This document shows, one piece after another, positions 45,751 through 55,615 of a stretch of 64,000 nucleotides of DNA (its first letter is position 1; every line of letters begins with the position of its first letter). The DNA lies in contig JAIORB010000068.1 of the NCBI GenBank assembly GCA_021108325.1, positions 17,196 through 81,195 on the forward strand. The letters are read 5' to 3'. The position numbers and the translations under genes are program-made. A model generated the notes under the pieces. It did not search any database, had not been told where the DNA came from, and was given only the letters and a program-made list of their open reading frames with translations. Source of the DNA: Bacteroidales bacterium (GTDB taxonomy: Bacteria > Bacteroidota > Bacteroidia > Bacteroidales > UBA12077).

Positions 45751-46977
45751 ATGAAAAATATATTATTAGAACGGTTTTTAAGATACGTTCAAATTGATAC
45801 TCAATCGGACGAGGATTCTGAAACTTATCCAAGTACACAAAAACAATTCAATTTAGCCCGATTACTTGAAAAAGAATTAAATGAATTGGGGCTTAAAAAT
45901 GTTGAAGTAGATCAGTACGGATATGTAACTGCTACTTTACTGTCAAATATAGATAAAGAAGTACCCGTTATTGGATTTTTAGCTCACATGGATACTGCTC
46001 CTGATATGAGCGGAGAAAATGTTAAACCACAGATTTTTGAAAATTACAATGGTAAAAATATTATTATAAATAAAGATTTAGATGTTTGCTTATCGGTAAA
46101 GGAATTTCCAGAATTAAAGAATTACAAGGGGCAAACAATTATTACAGCGAGCGGAAAAACACTGTTGGGAGCCGACGATAAAGCCGGTATTGCTGAAGTC
46201 ATGACTGCTATGGAATATCTGGTTAAAAACCCGCATATTAAGCATGGAACCATAAAAATTGCTTTTACACCTGATGAGGAAATCGGTAAAGGAGTTGATT
46301 ATTTCGATGTGAAGAAATTCGGAGCTGATTATGCTTATACTGTAGATGGTGGACCAATAGGTGAGCTGGAATATGAGAACTTTAATGCAGCTTCGGCTAC
46401 CGTTAAAATTCAGGGTAGAAATATTCATCCGGGATATGCAAAAGGCAAAATGATAAATTCTATTCTGGTAGCCACTGAATTAAATGAAATGCTCCCTGTC
46501 GGACAAAGACCGGAATTAACAACTGGTTACGAAGGTTTTTTTCATATCGTAAAATTTAATGGAATCGTTGAAAATTCAGAAATAAAGTATATTATTCGCG
46601 ATCATGATAGAGTGAAGTTTGAAGACAAGAAAACTTTGATACAGGATGTTGTAAACTTTATTAATAAAAAATATAACCAGGAAGTTGCAAAATTGGAATT
46701 GAAAGATCAGTATTATAATATGAAAGAGAAAGTTGAACTTGTTATTCATATTGTTGAACAAGCCAAACAGGCAATGATTGAAGTTGGTGTGCAAGCTGAT
46801 ATAAAACCAATTCGTGGAGGAACCGATGGCGCAAGACTTTCTTATATGGGTTTGCCTTGTCCCAATATTTTTACGGGTGGGCATAATTACCACGGTAAAT
46901 ATGAATTTATTCCATTGGAGTCGATGGAAAAAGCTGTTCAGGTCATTTTGAAGATTATAGAGAAAACTACAAAATAG
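45751..46977 (+). CDS. pepT: peptidase T (tripeptide aminopeptidase)
   Basis: ERFLRYVQIDTQSDE N-terminus, M20B metal ligands (HMDT, GADDKAG, PDEEIG), 408 aa. Confidence 0.95.
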   Translation: MKNILLERFLRYVQIDTQSDEDSETYPSTQKQFNLARLLEKELNELGLKNVEVDQYGYVTATLLSNIDKEVPVIGFLAHMDTAPDMSGENVKPQIFENYNGKNIIINKDLDVCLSVKEFPELKNYKGQTIITASGKTLLGADDKAGIAEVMTAMEYLVKNPHIKHGTIKIAFTPDEEIGKGVDYFDVKKFGADYAYTVDGGPIGELEYENFNAASATVKIQGRNIHPGYAKGKMINSILVATELNEMLPVGQRPELTTGYEGFFHIVKFNGIVENSEIKYIIRDHDRVKFEDKKTLIQDVVNFINKKYNQEVAKLELKDQYYNMKEKVELVIHIVEQAKQAMIEVGVQADIKPIRGGTDGARLSYMGLPCPNIFTGGHNYHGKYEFIPLESMEKAVQVILKIIEKTTK

Positions 46978-46978
46978 A

Positions 46979-47008
46979 AAAGCTGCCTTTTTTTGAGGCA
47001 GCCTTTAT
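46979..47008. terminator. bidirectional intrinsic terminator between pepT and the PKD lipoprotein gene
   Basis: gctgcct-ttttttg-aggcagc stem with A/T flanks. Confidence 0.65.
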
Positions 47009-47031
47009 GTTATATGAAGTTTTATTAGAAT

Positions 47032-47985
47032 TTATCTTTTATTTGATGGAGCCAAATTTTTTGCGCTTGGATCAAATACAGTTTTACTGTCAGTTTCAAT
47101 TGCAGGATAAAGCATTTCAGATTCCACAGAACTATAATCTATCGCTTTTTCAGACTGTTCTATGATAGATTTACTACTGACAGTTAAACTCTTGTATTGA
47201 TTATCATCAGAGGTAGGGTATACATACCAGGATACGTATCCCACAGAACAATAGGCACGTACCTCCATACCGTAATTTGCATCATAATATCCTGTACGGT
47301 ATTGTACTCCATCACTAGGAATTGTAATATTATCAACTGTTTGGTCAGATGCTTCATAGTTAACATAAAATGAAGTCAGGCTATAGCCGCATGAATTAGT
47401 TACATAAAAGAATATATAATCAGAAGTAAGTATTAGGTTCCAAGATGAAGCAATAGTTAAATCAGCAGTGCCATTCCAAGATATCAATAAACCAACTTGT
47501 GTGCCAGTTGTCGTCTTGCCGGATGTTTCGGCCGTATAAGATACTGAAGTATTATCAATTTTTGCAAATTGCACAGAATAATCTGGAGACATCGTTTTTG
47601 TGACACCATCTACGGTAACATCCATATCTGTGAATAAAGGATTATTGAACTGTACAACATTGATGTAATCGTATTTAACAACTTCATTTCCTCCACCTTC
47701 ATTTGTTGCAACTAATGTTACATCGAATGTTCCATGCGAAGAATATGTAACTGTGGGGTTTTGCTCCGTTGAAGTTGAAGGTGTGCCTCCTTCAAAAGTC
47801 CAAAGCCATTCGTTAGGGCTTTTAGATGATAAATCAGAAAATGTTATTGAAACATCACCGGTTGATGTGGATACAGTAGCAGAAAAATCCGGCTGTGGTG
47901 GATCAACGTCTTCTTCACAACTAAAAAAGAAGAAAGGCACTAATATTGCCAGGGTCAAATTTAACAGGTATTTTTTTTTCATCAT
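47032..47985 (-). CDS. PKD-domain lipoprotein
   Basis: Lipobox (FFFSC) and a PKD domain (WTFEGGTPSTSTEQNPTVTYSSHGTFDVTLVATNEGG), followed by an unassigned beta-rich domain. Confidence 0.7.
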   Translation of the reverse strand: MMKKKYLLNLTLAILVPFFFFSCEEDVDPPQPDFSATVSTSTGDVSITFSDLSSKSPNEWLWTFEGGTPSTSTEQNPTVTYSSHGTFDVTLVATNEGGGNEVVKYDYINVVQFNNPLFTDMDVTVDGVTKTMSPDYSVQFAKIDNTSVSYTAETSGKTTTGTQVGLLISWNGTADLTIASSWNLILTSDYIFFYVTNSCGYSLTSFYVNYEASDQTVDNITIPSDGVQYRTGYYDANYGMEVRAYCSVGYVSWYVYPTSDDNQYKSLTVSSKSIIEQSEKAIDYSSVESEMLYPAIETDSKTVFDPSAKNLAPSNKR

Positions 47986-48099
47986 AATATGTGTTAATTA
48001 ATATTTACAGTTAGAAGATACAAGTTACGTAATAATATTATAAACCTCAATGTTTAATTTGTTTTTTTTAAAAATAAGCTCAACTATAATATAAAACAG

Positions 48100-49170
48100 T
48101 TATTTAATAGGATTAATCTTTTTAGAAAAAGTTTTCCAAAGTTCCAGATGAAATTGATAGCTTTCATTATTTAACAGCATTTGTTTCCCTGAAATTAATT
48201 TGTCGGAAGTTACTTTTCTGTATTTTATTTCAGGATTATGTAAATAAGTTCCTTCAGGATGAAACTGAATACCAAGAACATTTGGATAATTTGTATGAGC
48301 AATGGCTTCAATAATTTCTCCATCAACTGAAGTTGCTAATACAGTTAAATTCTTACCCAACTTTTCAATGGTTTGATGGTGATTGCTATAGATTAAAGGC
48401 TCCATGTTATTTGTATAATTTCCAACTATAGGATTCTGATTGCTGATTTTTATTTTATGAAAATTACCTGAGAATAGAGTTGAATCAACAGATAAATTGT
48501 TGTTGTAATTTCTATGTTGATTATTGTTGTTGGTATTTAAAATTTCTTCAACATACTTCAGATTATATATTTCGGATGGAATATCTTGGATCATTGTTCC
48601 ACCTGTAGCAATATTCATGGTTTGCATTCCTAAACAAATACCATAAACAGTATAATCTGGATTTTCTTCCAACAAGGGAATGAATTTAGAATTTTGTGAG
48701 CCGCCTAAAAGATGAAATAAAAATGATGCTTCGAAATAATGTCTGTAAGGATCGGTCATTCGGGTTAAAAGACTCATGTTTTCACCATAGATATTAGAAG
48801 GTAAGTCAGGTCCACCGAAAAATAATATTCCGTTGCTGTTTTGAAAAAGATCATAATATGTTTTTGTGCAATTATTTTCTTGATACAGACTTTCAAGCGA
48901 TATTTCTTCACTAGCTTTTATTAGATCGATAAAAGAGTAATGGTTTTGTTCTAAAAACAATTCTGATTTAGTATAATCATAAACTTCGTTTTTATGATAA
49001 ACCCCTGTAATTTTTAAATTATCAATATTTATTATTTTATGGTCAATTAAATATGTAAAAAGCTTTAAATTGTATTCGGTAGGATGAACCAGGATTAATG
49101 TATTTTCTTGTGCATTTGTTTGAAATGTAAAAACAAGGATTGAGATAAACAGTATAAACTTTTTCTGCAT
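48100..49170 (-). CDS. exported class-I glutamine amidotransferase-like / peptidase C26 (gamma-glutamyl hydrolase type)
   Basis: Signal peptide (FQTNAQE), nucleophile elbow GICLGMQ, and a His-Glu pair in GIQFHPE. Confidence 0.75.
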   Translation of the reverse strand: MQKKFILFISILVFTFQTNAQENTLILVHPTEYNLKLFTYLIDHKIINIDNLKITGVYHKNEVYDYTKSELFLEQNHYSFIDLIKASEEISLESLYQENNCTKTYYDLFQNSNGILFFGGPDLPSNIYGENMSLLTRMTDPYRHYFEASFLFHLLGGSQNSKFIPLLEENPDYTVYGICLGMQTMNIATGGTMIQDIPSEIYNLKYVEEILNTNNNNQHRNYNNNLSVDSTLFSGNFHKIKISNQNPIVGNYTNNMEPLIYSNHHQTIEKLGKNLTVLATSVDGEIIEAIAHTNYPNVLGIQFHPEGTYLHNPEIKYRKVTSDKLISGKQMLLNNESYQFHLELWKTFSKKINPIK

Positions 49171-49183
49171 TTTTCAATTTTAT

Positions 49184-50164
49184 TTAGAGTATCATTTTTG
49201 GTATACCAACATAATAAAGATCGAAACCTCCGAGTCCCCCGGGTCTGTTCGATGAGAATAACATTACATCATTTATATAATTATGAGCATAAATGACAAT
49301 TGGCCTGAATTCGTCATATTCCGTATTAATTGTTTCTCCAAAATTTACCAGTCCTGACCAGTTTCCATCGATATATTCTGAATAATATAAATCAAAACCT
49401 CCATATCCCCCTTCTCGATCTGATGCAAAAACCATTATGTTTCCATTAATATAAGGGCATTTGTCATTAAATGAACTGTTTAAAACATCACAAGCAATCC
49501 AGGTTGGTAAATCTTCCGTCTGAAGCCAGTCAACTACCGATGTGCTTGATGATAAGTCTACTTTATAAAAGTTATATACTCCATTGGCATCAGAACAAAA
49601 ATACATTTCATCCTGATTTCGATTAAAAGTAGGATATGCTTCGTTGTATTCGGTATTTATTTTGCTTATAGGTTTTGGGTCATCCCAGTTGTCATTGTAT
49701 ATAGAATGTTGTAAATAGTAAATGTCGAGGTTGCCTGAAGAATCAGTGGCGAAAAAAAATAAATCGTATAAATAATCCTGGCTGTACATCATAAAAGGGC
49801 CAAATTCGTTCGAAGGAGTGTTTATTTTTACTACAGCTGAATCATAATACGAAGATCCAATATCTAAAGCGTTGAAATATACCCGGTTAGTTTCCGATAA
49901 ATAGTGAAATTCTACAAAGTAATTTACAATATCATATTCTGTACCTGCAGAATTTCTGTTCGACGAAAATAAATATGAAAATTCGTTATATAAATCAAAT
50001 GGTGCAGCAGCATTATAATCGTCAAATTCAGAGTTTATACTTTCAAAGTTTACAGGAGTATCAGGAAATTGACCTTCCTCAAAATCATCACTTAAGGGAC
50101 ACCCTGAAAACAAAATTAATGATATGAACAAGATAAATAAAATATAGGATTTTGCAGGTTTCAT
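49184..50164 (-). CDS. PD40/TolB-like beta-propeller lipoprotein
   Basis: Lipobox (LFSGC) and repeated S(S/D)(N/R)xxGxGGFDLYY blades. Confidence 0.65.
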   Translation of the reverse strand: MKPAKSYILFILFISLILFSGCPLSDDFEEGQFPDTPVNFESINSEFDDYNAAAPFDLYNEFSYLFSSNRNSAGTEYDIVNYFVEFHYLSETNRVYFNALDIGSSYYDSAVVKINTPSNEFGPFMMYSQDYLYDLFFFATDSSGNLDIYYLQHSIYNDNWDDPKPISKINTEYNEAYPTFNRNQDEMYFCSDANGVYNFYKVDLSSSTSVVDWLQTEDLPTWIACDVLNSSFNDKCPYINGNIMVFASDREGGYGGFDLYYSEYIDGNWSGLVNFGETINTEYDEFRPIVIYAHNYINDVMLFSSNRPGGLGGFDLYYVGIPKMIL

Positions 50165-50338
50165 AGTTATTAATTTAGGTTATTTTCTTTTAAGATGTAT
50201 TATTATTAATGATAGTTGCTTTAGTAATTTAAATTTTTACAATAATTTTCTGCTAAGTTCAATTTTAATACAATTAATTATTTGTGATAATAAAGAGGGA
50301 GTTGGTGTAAAGCATTTATTGGAAGTAAAAAATTAAAA

Positions 50339-50364
50339 TCCCCGGTAAGTTAAACTTTCGGGGA
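50339..50364 (-). terminator. candidate terminator of the RRM protein gene
   Basis: tccccg-N14-cgggga stem, followed on the minus strand by attttaatttttt. Confidence 0.4.
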
Positions 50365-50440
50365 ATATAGAAGTTATAGAGTAATCATTTTTTTTCTAAG
50401 ACATAAGAATCAAGTTAGATTAATATCTTTCTTAATTTCT

Positions 50441-50698
50441 TTAGCGGCCACCTTCTTCTCTTGGCTTCGCTTTTTTTACTACGATTGCCTTGCCTTCAAT
50501 TTCAACACCGTCAAGGTCTTCCATTGCTCTGTTTGCTTCTTCGTCATTTGGCATTTCAACAAAGCCAAATCCTTTAGAGCGGCCACTTGCGCGGTCGAAA
50601 ATAATTTTGGCAGAAGATACTTCACCGTATTCTTCAAAAATTTCTTGCAATTTTTCACTTTGAACCTTAAAATTCAAATTTGCGATAAAAATGTTCAT
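50441..50698 (-). CDS. RRM-type RNA-binding protein
   Basis: RNP-2 IFIANL and RNP-1 KGFGFVEM motifs, 85 aa. Confidence 0.9.
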   Translation of the reverse strand: MNIFIANLNFKVQSEKLQEIFEEYGEVSSAKIIFDRASGRSKGFGFVEMPNDEEANRAMEDLDGVEIEGKAIVVKKAKPREEGGR

Positions 50699-51028
50699 AA
50701 TAATAAAAAAGTGTTAAATGAATAATTTTTGTTAAGAAGAGTAAAAAAGTAAGTATGAAAAATATAAGATTTAATTAGGTATCAGACTTAACTTAATGCT
50801 CAACTTATAACAAAACAAAGATAGTGGAATAAATATTAAAAATCCAATAATTATTAGAGCCTGTCTTAAAAAAACGATTTGATTTTTATTAATAATCAAC
50901 AAGATACAGTGCGTGGTAATTATTCAGTTAGGGTATTTGGTTTAAAAGGAGTATATAGAACAATTTCATATATTGTTAACTTATGTTAATTTTATTCAGG
51001 TAACGAATTATTTCTCTAAATTCGCTTT

Positions 51029-52306
51029 ATGAGGAAACCGGCAATTCGATTGGTTATTTTTTTAGGTTTAATTTCTATTATTGGGATTATTGCTCTTCAG
51101 GTTTATTTTTTCCAGATTGCTCTCAATAACGAGGAACGAAAATTAAATCAAAAGATTCAGGTTGCACTTTGGGATGTAGTGGAGCAAATCTACGAATTAA
51201 ATAATTATGAATATGTTGGGGTAAATCCTGTATATCAAAGTTCTCTGGATTATTTTTTGGTTAATGTAAATGATTTTATTGATGCCGATATACTTGAACA
51301 TTATCTTATTAAAACATTCGAAAAACAAAATATAAAACTTGATTTTGAATATGCTATTTATGATTGCCAAACAGATGAAATGTTATATGGTAAATATATA
51401 AATCTGAGCGAAAAAAAGAATAAGCCCTCGAATGTAGAGCTGTCAAAACACGAAGAGTTTGTTTATTATTTTGGAATTTATTTTCCATGGCGCAAACAGT
51501 ATATATTGGGTAATATCAACAGCATATATATTTTATCGGGAATTTTAATTTTTGTGGTTTTGTTTTTAGCCTATGCTTTAATTGTTATTTTGCAGCAAAA
51601 GCGTTTTTCGGAATTACAAAAAGATGTGGTAAATAATCTTACACATGAGTTTAAAACTCCATTATCTTCAATTGTCCTTTCGACCGATGTGTTAAATGAG
51701 AAAGATATTATTAATGAACCTGACAGAATTAAAAGATATTCACAAATAATAAAATCTCAGGCTAATTCTTTATTGGGGCATATTGAAAAAGTGCTTGGTA
51801 TGAGTGAGCTCGAAAGTATAAGTCGATTAAACAAAGAGAATATAAGCCTGCATGAGTTTTTATGCAATATAATGGACAATGTAGTTTGGCGTGTAAACGA
51901 TAAACAGGGACAGTTCACTATGGATTTAAAAGCTAAAAATTATATTGTATGTGCCGACGAATTCCATTTTACAAATCTCATCATAAATTTAATCGACAAT
52001 GCATTGAAATATTGTGAAATGAAACCTGAAATAATCGTTTCGACAGAATCGGATAAAAAGCACCTTTTTTTGAAAATAAAGGATAATGGAATTGGAATTG
52101 ATAATAAATATCAAAAGAAAATTTTCAAAAAGTTTTTCCGTATTCCTACAGGTAATGTACACAACGTGAAAGGGTTTGGGTTAGGTTTAAGTTATGTCAA
52201 AGATGTTATTAAAAGGCATCGATGGCATTTTAGATTTAAAAGCGAGCTTAAATTTGGTTCTGAATTTACAATTATTATTCCTTTAAATGATGATGACTGT
52301 GAATAA
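51029..52306 (+). CDS. sensor histidine kinase (HisKA + HATPase_c)
   Basis: Two TM helices, H-box HEFKTPL, N-box IDNALKY, G-boxes DNGIGI and GFGLGL. Confidence 0.85.
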   Translation: MRKPAIRLVIFLGLISIIGIIALQVYFFQIALNNEERKLNQKIQVALWDVVEQIYELNNYEYVGVNPVYQSSLDYFLVNVNDFIDADILEHYLIKTFEKQNIKLDFEYAIYDCQTDEMLYGKYINLSEKKNKPSNVELSKHEEFVYYFGIYFPWRKQYILGNINSIYILSGILIFVVLFLAYALIVILQQKRFSELQKDVVNNLTHEFKTPLSSIVLSTDVLNEKDIINEPDRIKRYSQIIKSQANSLLGHIEKVLGMSELESISRLNKENISLHEFLCNIMDNVVWRVNDKQGQFTMDLKAKNYIVCADEFHFTNLIINLIDNALKYCEMKPEIIVSTESDKKHLFLKIKDNGIGIDNKYQKKIFKKFFRIPTGNVHNVKGFGLGLSYVKDVIKRHRWHFRFKSELKFGSEFTIIIPLNDDDCE

Positions 52307-52997
52307 AGCTCCTAAAATATTATATGTTGAGGATGATGAAACTTTAAGTTTTATTACAACTGACAATCTCAAGAGAAAAGGTTTTGATATTGTTAATGCT
52401 GTTGATGGAGTGCAAGCATTTGAGCTTTTCTCAAATGATACTTTTGATATTTGTCTTTTTGATGTTATGCTTCCCAAAATGGATGGATTCGATTTAGCAC
52501 ATAAAGTGCGATCAGTAAACAATGAGATTCCTATTTTATTTATTACCGCCAAAACATTGCCTGAAGATAGAGTTAAGGGTCTGTTATTAGGTGCAGACGA
52601 CTATATTATTAAGCCTTATAATATTGAAGAGCTTATTCTACGTATTAAAGTTTTTTTAAAGCGTAAAAAAATTATTGATCCCGAAACAGAAAATCAGAAT
52701 ATAAAAATCGGAAAAGCAATTTTTGATTGTGAGAATTTAAGGCTGTTAACCGGTACAAAAGAAAATAGTTTAACATATCGCGAAGCCGAACTTTTGAAGT
52801 TTTTTGTAGAAAACAAAAATACTGTGGTTACTCGCGAAAGAATTTTAAATGTTTTATGGGGCGAAAACGATTATTTTGCAGGCCGTAGTTTAGATGTTTT
52901 TATAACGCGATTAAGAAAATATTTTAAATCTGTTCCCGGTGTTGCTATTGAAAATAAGCATGGAGTAGGATTTGTGTTTAAGGTTTTTGATAAGTGA
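52287..52997 (+). CDS. OmpR/PhoB-family response regulator
   Basis: Receiver domain (ILYVEDDE, DVMLPKMDG) and winged helix (LTYREAELLKFF). It overlaps the kinase gene by 20 nt. Confidence 0.9.
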   Translation: MMMTVNKAPKILYVEDDETLSFITTDNLKRKGFDIVNAVDGVQAFELFSNDTFDICLFDVMLPKMDGFDLAHKVRSVNNEIPILFITAKTLPEDRVKGLLLGADDYIIKPYNIEELILRIKVFLKRKKIIDPETENQNIKIGKAIFDCENLRLLTGTKENSLTYREAELLKFFVENKNTVVTRERILNVLWGENDYFAGRSLDVFITRLRKYFKSVPGVAIENKHGVGFVFKVFDK

Positions 52998-53010
52998 TTA
53001 ATCTGTTAAA

Positions 53011-53052
53011 ATCAGCGTTCCGCCGGCTGGCGGATATGTGTCATCAGCGTTC
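53011..53052. repeat. 10-bp direct repeats (atcagcgttc) flanking a GC-rich hairpin ccgcc-ggct-ggcgg
   Basis: Read directly from the sequence. It lies between the response regulator stop and the next gene. Confidence 0.75.
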
Positions 53053-53093
53053 TGTTTTTAACTAAACGACATTAAAATATTATTATAAAAGAT

Positions 53094-53891
53094 ATGATTG
53101 AAAAGATTACAAGTGCCCAAAATCCAAAAATTAAAAATATAATCAAGCTTCAGCAAAAATCATCGGAGCGTAAAAAACAAAATCTTGTTGTAATCGAAGG
53201 TATGCGAGAAATTAGTCTTGCCATTAAGTCAGGTATGCAATTGAAAACTTTATTTATTTGTCCTGATATTATTCCTATGGATGTGGTTAAGACGAATTTT
53301 AACATTAATGCACAAAGCTTTGAAATAAGTAAAGAGATCTTTGAGAAACTGGCATATCGTGGCTCAACTGAAGGCCTTATTGCTTTGGCAGAACCAAAAC
53401 AGCTTAAACTGGCAAATATCGAATTGCGGGAGAATCCTCTTATAATTGTACTTGAGTCGGTAGAAAAACCAGGTAACTTAGGCGCTATTTTACGTACAGC
53501 AGATGCAGCTAATGTTGATGCTGTAATTATTTGCGATCCTTTAACTGATATTTATAATCCTAATATAATCAGGTCTAGTGTTGGATGCGTCTTTACAAAT
53601 CAGGTGATTGCGTGCTCAAGCGATGAAACGATTAACTGGTTAAAAGAAAAAGGTGTTAAATCATATGCGGCAGCACTAACAGCAAATAAGTATTACCACG
53701 AAAAAGATTTTACTCAACCAATAGCAATTGTGATGGGAACCGAAGCAGATGGATTAACCGAAAAATGGTTAAAAGCTGCTGATGAGCAAATTATTATTCC
53801 AATGAGTGGCGAAATAGATTCCTTGAATGTATCAACATCAACAGCTATTTTAGTTTTTGAAGCAATGCGACAGAGGAATTTTTGCAAATAA
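53094..53891 (+). CDS. TrmH/SpoU-family RNA 2'-O-methyltransferase (RlmB-like)
   Basis: SPOUT motifs PGNLGAILRTA, MGTEADGL and SLNVSTS. Confidence 0.8.
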   Translation: MIEKITSAQNPKIKNIIKLQQKSSERKKQNLVVIEGMREISLAIKSGMQLKTLFICPDIIPMDVVKTNFNINAQSFEISKEIFEKLAYRGSTEGLIALAEPKQLKLANIELRENPLIIVLESVEKPGNLGAILRTADAANVDAVIICDPLTDIYNPNIIRSSVGCVFTNQVIACSSDETINWLKEKGVKSYAAALTANKYYHEKDFTQPIAIVMGTEADGLTEKWLKAADEQIIIPMSGEIDSLNVSTSTAILVFEAMRQRNFCK

Positions 53892-53920
53892 AAAAGCTCC
53901 GATATTTTATCGAAGCTTTT
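53892..53920. terminator. bidirectional terminator shared by the methyltransferase gene and tRNA-His
   Basis: aaaagctccgat-atttt-atcgaagctttt (11/12 pairs). It abuts the tRNA 3' end. Confidence 0.65.
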
Positions 53921-53997
53921 TGGGTGGAAGATGGGGTTCGAACCCACGGCCTCCGGAACCACAATCCGGCGCTCTAACCAACTGAGCTACAACCACC
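53921..53997 (-). tRNA. tRNA-His (anticodon GTG) with encoded G-1
   Basis: The minus strand folds by hand into a cloverleaf: 8-nt 5' acceptor strand GGTGGTTG, D arm GCTC/GAGC, anticodon arm CCGGA-TTGTGGT-TCCGG, T arm GTGGG-TTCGAAC-CCCAT. Acceptor pairs 5-68 and 6-67 are U-U. Confidence 0.8.
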
Positions 53998-54010
53998 ATT
54001 TTTCGGACTG

Positions 54011-54018
54011 CAAATATA
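54011..54018 (-). promoter_or_regulatory. candidate -7 promoter box TATATTTG for tRNA-His
   Basis: Exact TAnnTTTG match on the minus strand. Its 3' G (54011) is 14 nt upstream of the tRNA 5' end, and a TTGC lies about 21 nt further upstream. Confidence 0.45.
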
Positions 54019-54123
54019 AAGAAGAATTTTTATATTTTGCAATAATGGAAAAAATATTTTCCCGAATTCCTGAATATTTGAGTGCAATAAATCCTAAAAA
54101 AAGTTAATTAGTTTTTTATTTTA

Positions 54124-55512
54124 TTGTTTAAATGTATTTTTGAGCTCAAATTCAAAAATATACAGGTGCTAGGGGCAAAGAGATACGTTAATAACGTTAC
54201 GGGTTTACAGGCAATAAACATCTTAAGATTTCTGACATTCCTTATAATTTCGATTGTTTTTACAAAAATCGGTTTGTCGAAAGAAGAAATAGGATTGTTT
54301 GAAGTATCAATTTTTATTGCAAGTGTAGCAAGTTTCTTCTGGGTAAACGGTTTAATCCAGTCATTTCTTCCGTTATTTAAAAGCAGTAAAACTTTTGGCG
54401 AAAAAGAACAGCTTGCCGGGACTAAGTCTCCTGAAGTATTTAACATGTATGTTATTTTAATGTTCTTTAGTATAGTTGTATTTCTCATAGGTTTATCAAT
54501 TAAAGGCAACTTTTCGGTTTTTGGATACAAAGGGAACGTTCCTCTCTTAAATTTAACTCTTTGGTATTTATTGTTAAGTAGTCCCGCCAATTTGGTCGAG
54601 TATATTTACATGATTCAGGATAAAAACAGTAATACTTTAAGTTATGGATATATTACCTCAGCATTGCAATTAATAGCAGTTATTGTGCCTGTGGTTTTAG
54701 GATATAAAATAGAGTGGTCACTTCGAGGATTGGTTTTGGTATCGGTTATTAAAAATATTTGGTTAGTAACGCTTTTATATAACTATGCAGAAATAAAATA
54801 TTCATTTTCCTTTATAAAAGAAGTTTTAGCAAGTTCTGTCCCAATAATATTAAGTGTTTTGGTTGCTGGTTCTGCTCAGTATGTCGATGGTTTAGTTGTC
54901 ACAACTCATTATGGTGCAGATGGTTTTGCTATATTCCGATATGGTGCTAAAGAATTACCTTTTGTGGTAATGATGGCGGCGGGATTGAGTTCGGCTATGT
55001 TGGTTGAATTTAACAGGAAGGATAAAATTAAAGATACACTGGCTCAAATTAAGAAGAAGTCACTCCGAATAATGCATTTTATGTATCCTCTGTCAATTTT
55101 CCTATTACTTTTTGCAAAGCCTCTCTATGAAGGGATATTTTCTCCTGAATTTACTCGTAGTGCGGACGTTTTTGTAATATATTTATTAGCAATAGTTAGT
55201 CGATTATTATTCCCTCACACAATTATAATTGGGTTAAAAAAAGGTAAAATTCTGCTGTGGACTTCAATGTTAGAGTTGCTTGGAAATATCTTTTTGAGTT
55301 TGTATTTGGTTGAAGATTATGGAGTTGTTGGTGTAGCTTTGGCAACAATAATTGTTTATTTTATTTCTAGGGTTGTATTAATCATGTATAATTACTTCAA
55401 ATTAGGGATTAATCCTATAGAATATATTCCGATAAAGTGGTATGCATTTTATAGTATAGCCTTAGGAACTGTATTTGTTTTACTAGACAGAGGAATTCTG
55501 GTTCTGTGGTAA
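54124..55512 (+). CDS. polysaccharide biosynthesis / oligosaccharide flippase-family membrane protein (Wzx/MATE-like)
   Basis: About 12-14 TM helices and a length and hydrophobicity pattern typical of the flippase family. The start codon is uncertain. Confidence 0.65.
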   Translation: MFKCIFELKFKNIQVLGAKRYVNNVTGLQAINILRFLTFLIISIVFTKIGLSKEEIGLFEVSIFIASVASFFWVNGLIQSFLPLFKSSKTFGEKEQLAGTKSPEVFNMYVILMFFSIVVFLIGLSIKGNFSVFGYKGNVPLLNLTLWYLLLSSPANLVEYIYMIQDKNSNTLSYGYITSALQLIAVIVPVVLGYKIEWSLRGLVLVSVIKNIWLVTLLYNYAEIKYSFSFIKEVLASSVPIILSVLVAGSAQYVDGLVVTTHYGADGFAIFRYGAKELPFVVMMAAGLSSAMLVEFNRKDKIKDTLAQIKKKSLRIMHFMYPLSIFLLLFAKPLYEGIFSPEFTRSADVFVIYLLAIVSRLLFPHTIIIGLKKGKILLWTSMLELLGNIFLSLYLVEDYGVVGVALATIIVYFISRVVLIMYNYFKLGINPIEYIPIKWYAFYSIALGTVFVLLDRGILVLW

Positions 55513-55615
55513 ATTCCCAATATTTCAGAATGAATTAGCAATTTGACATGTTTTATTATTAAAATTACATTGGAATACAAATTGATAACTTCAATAAAAC
55601 TAAAATTTAAAAATT

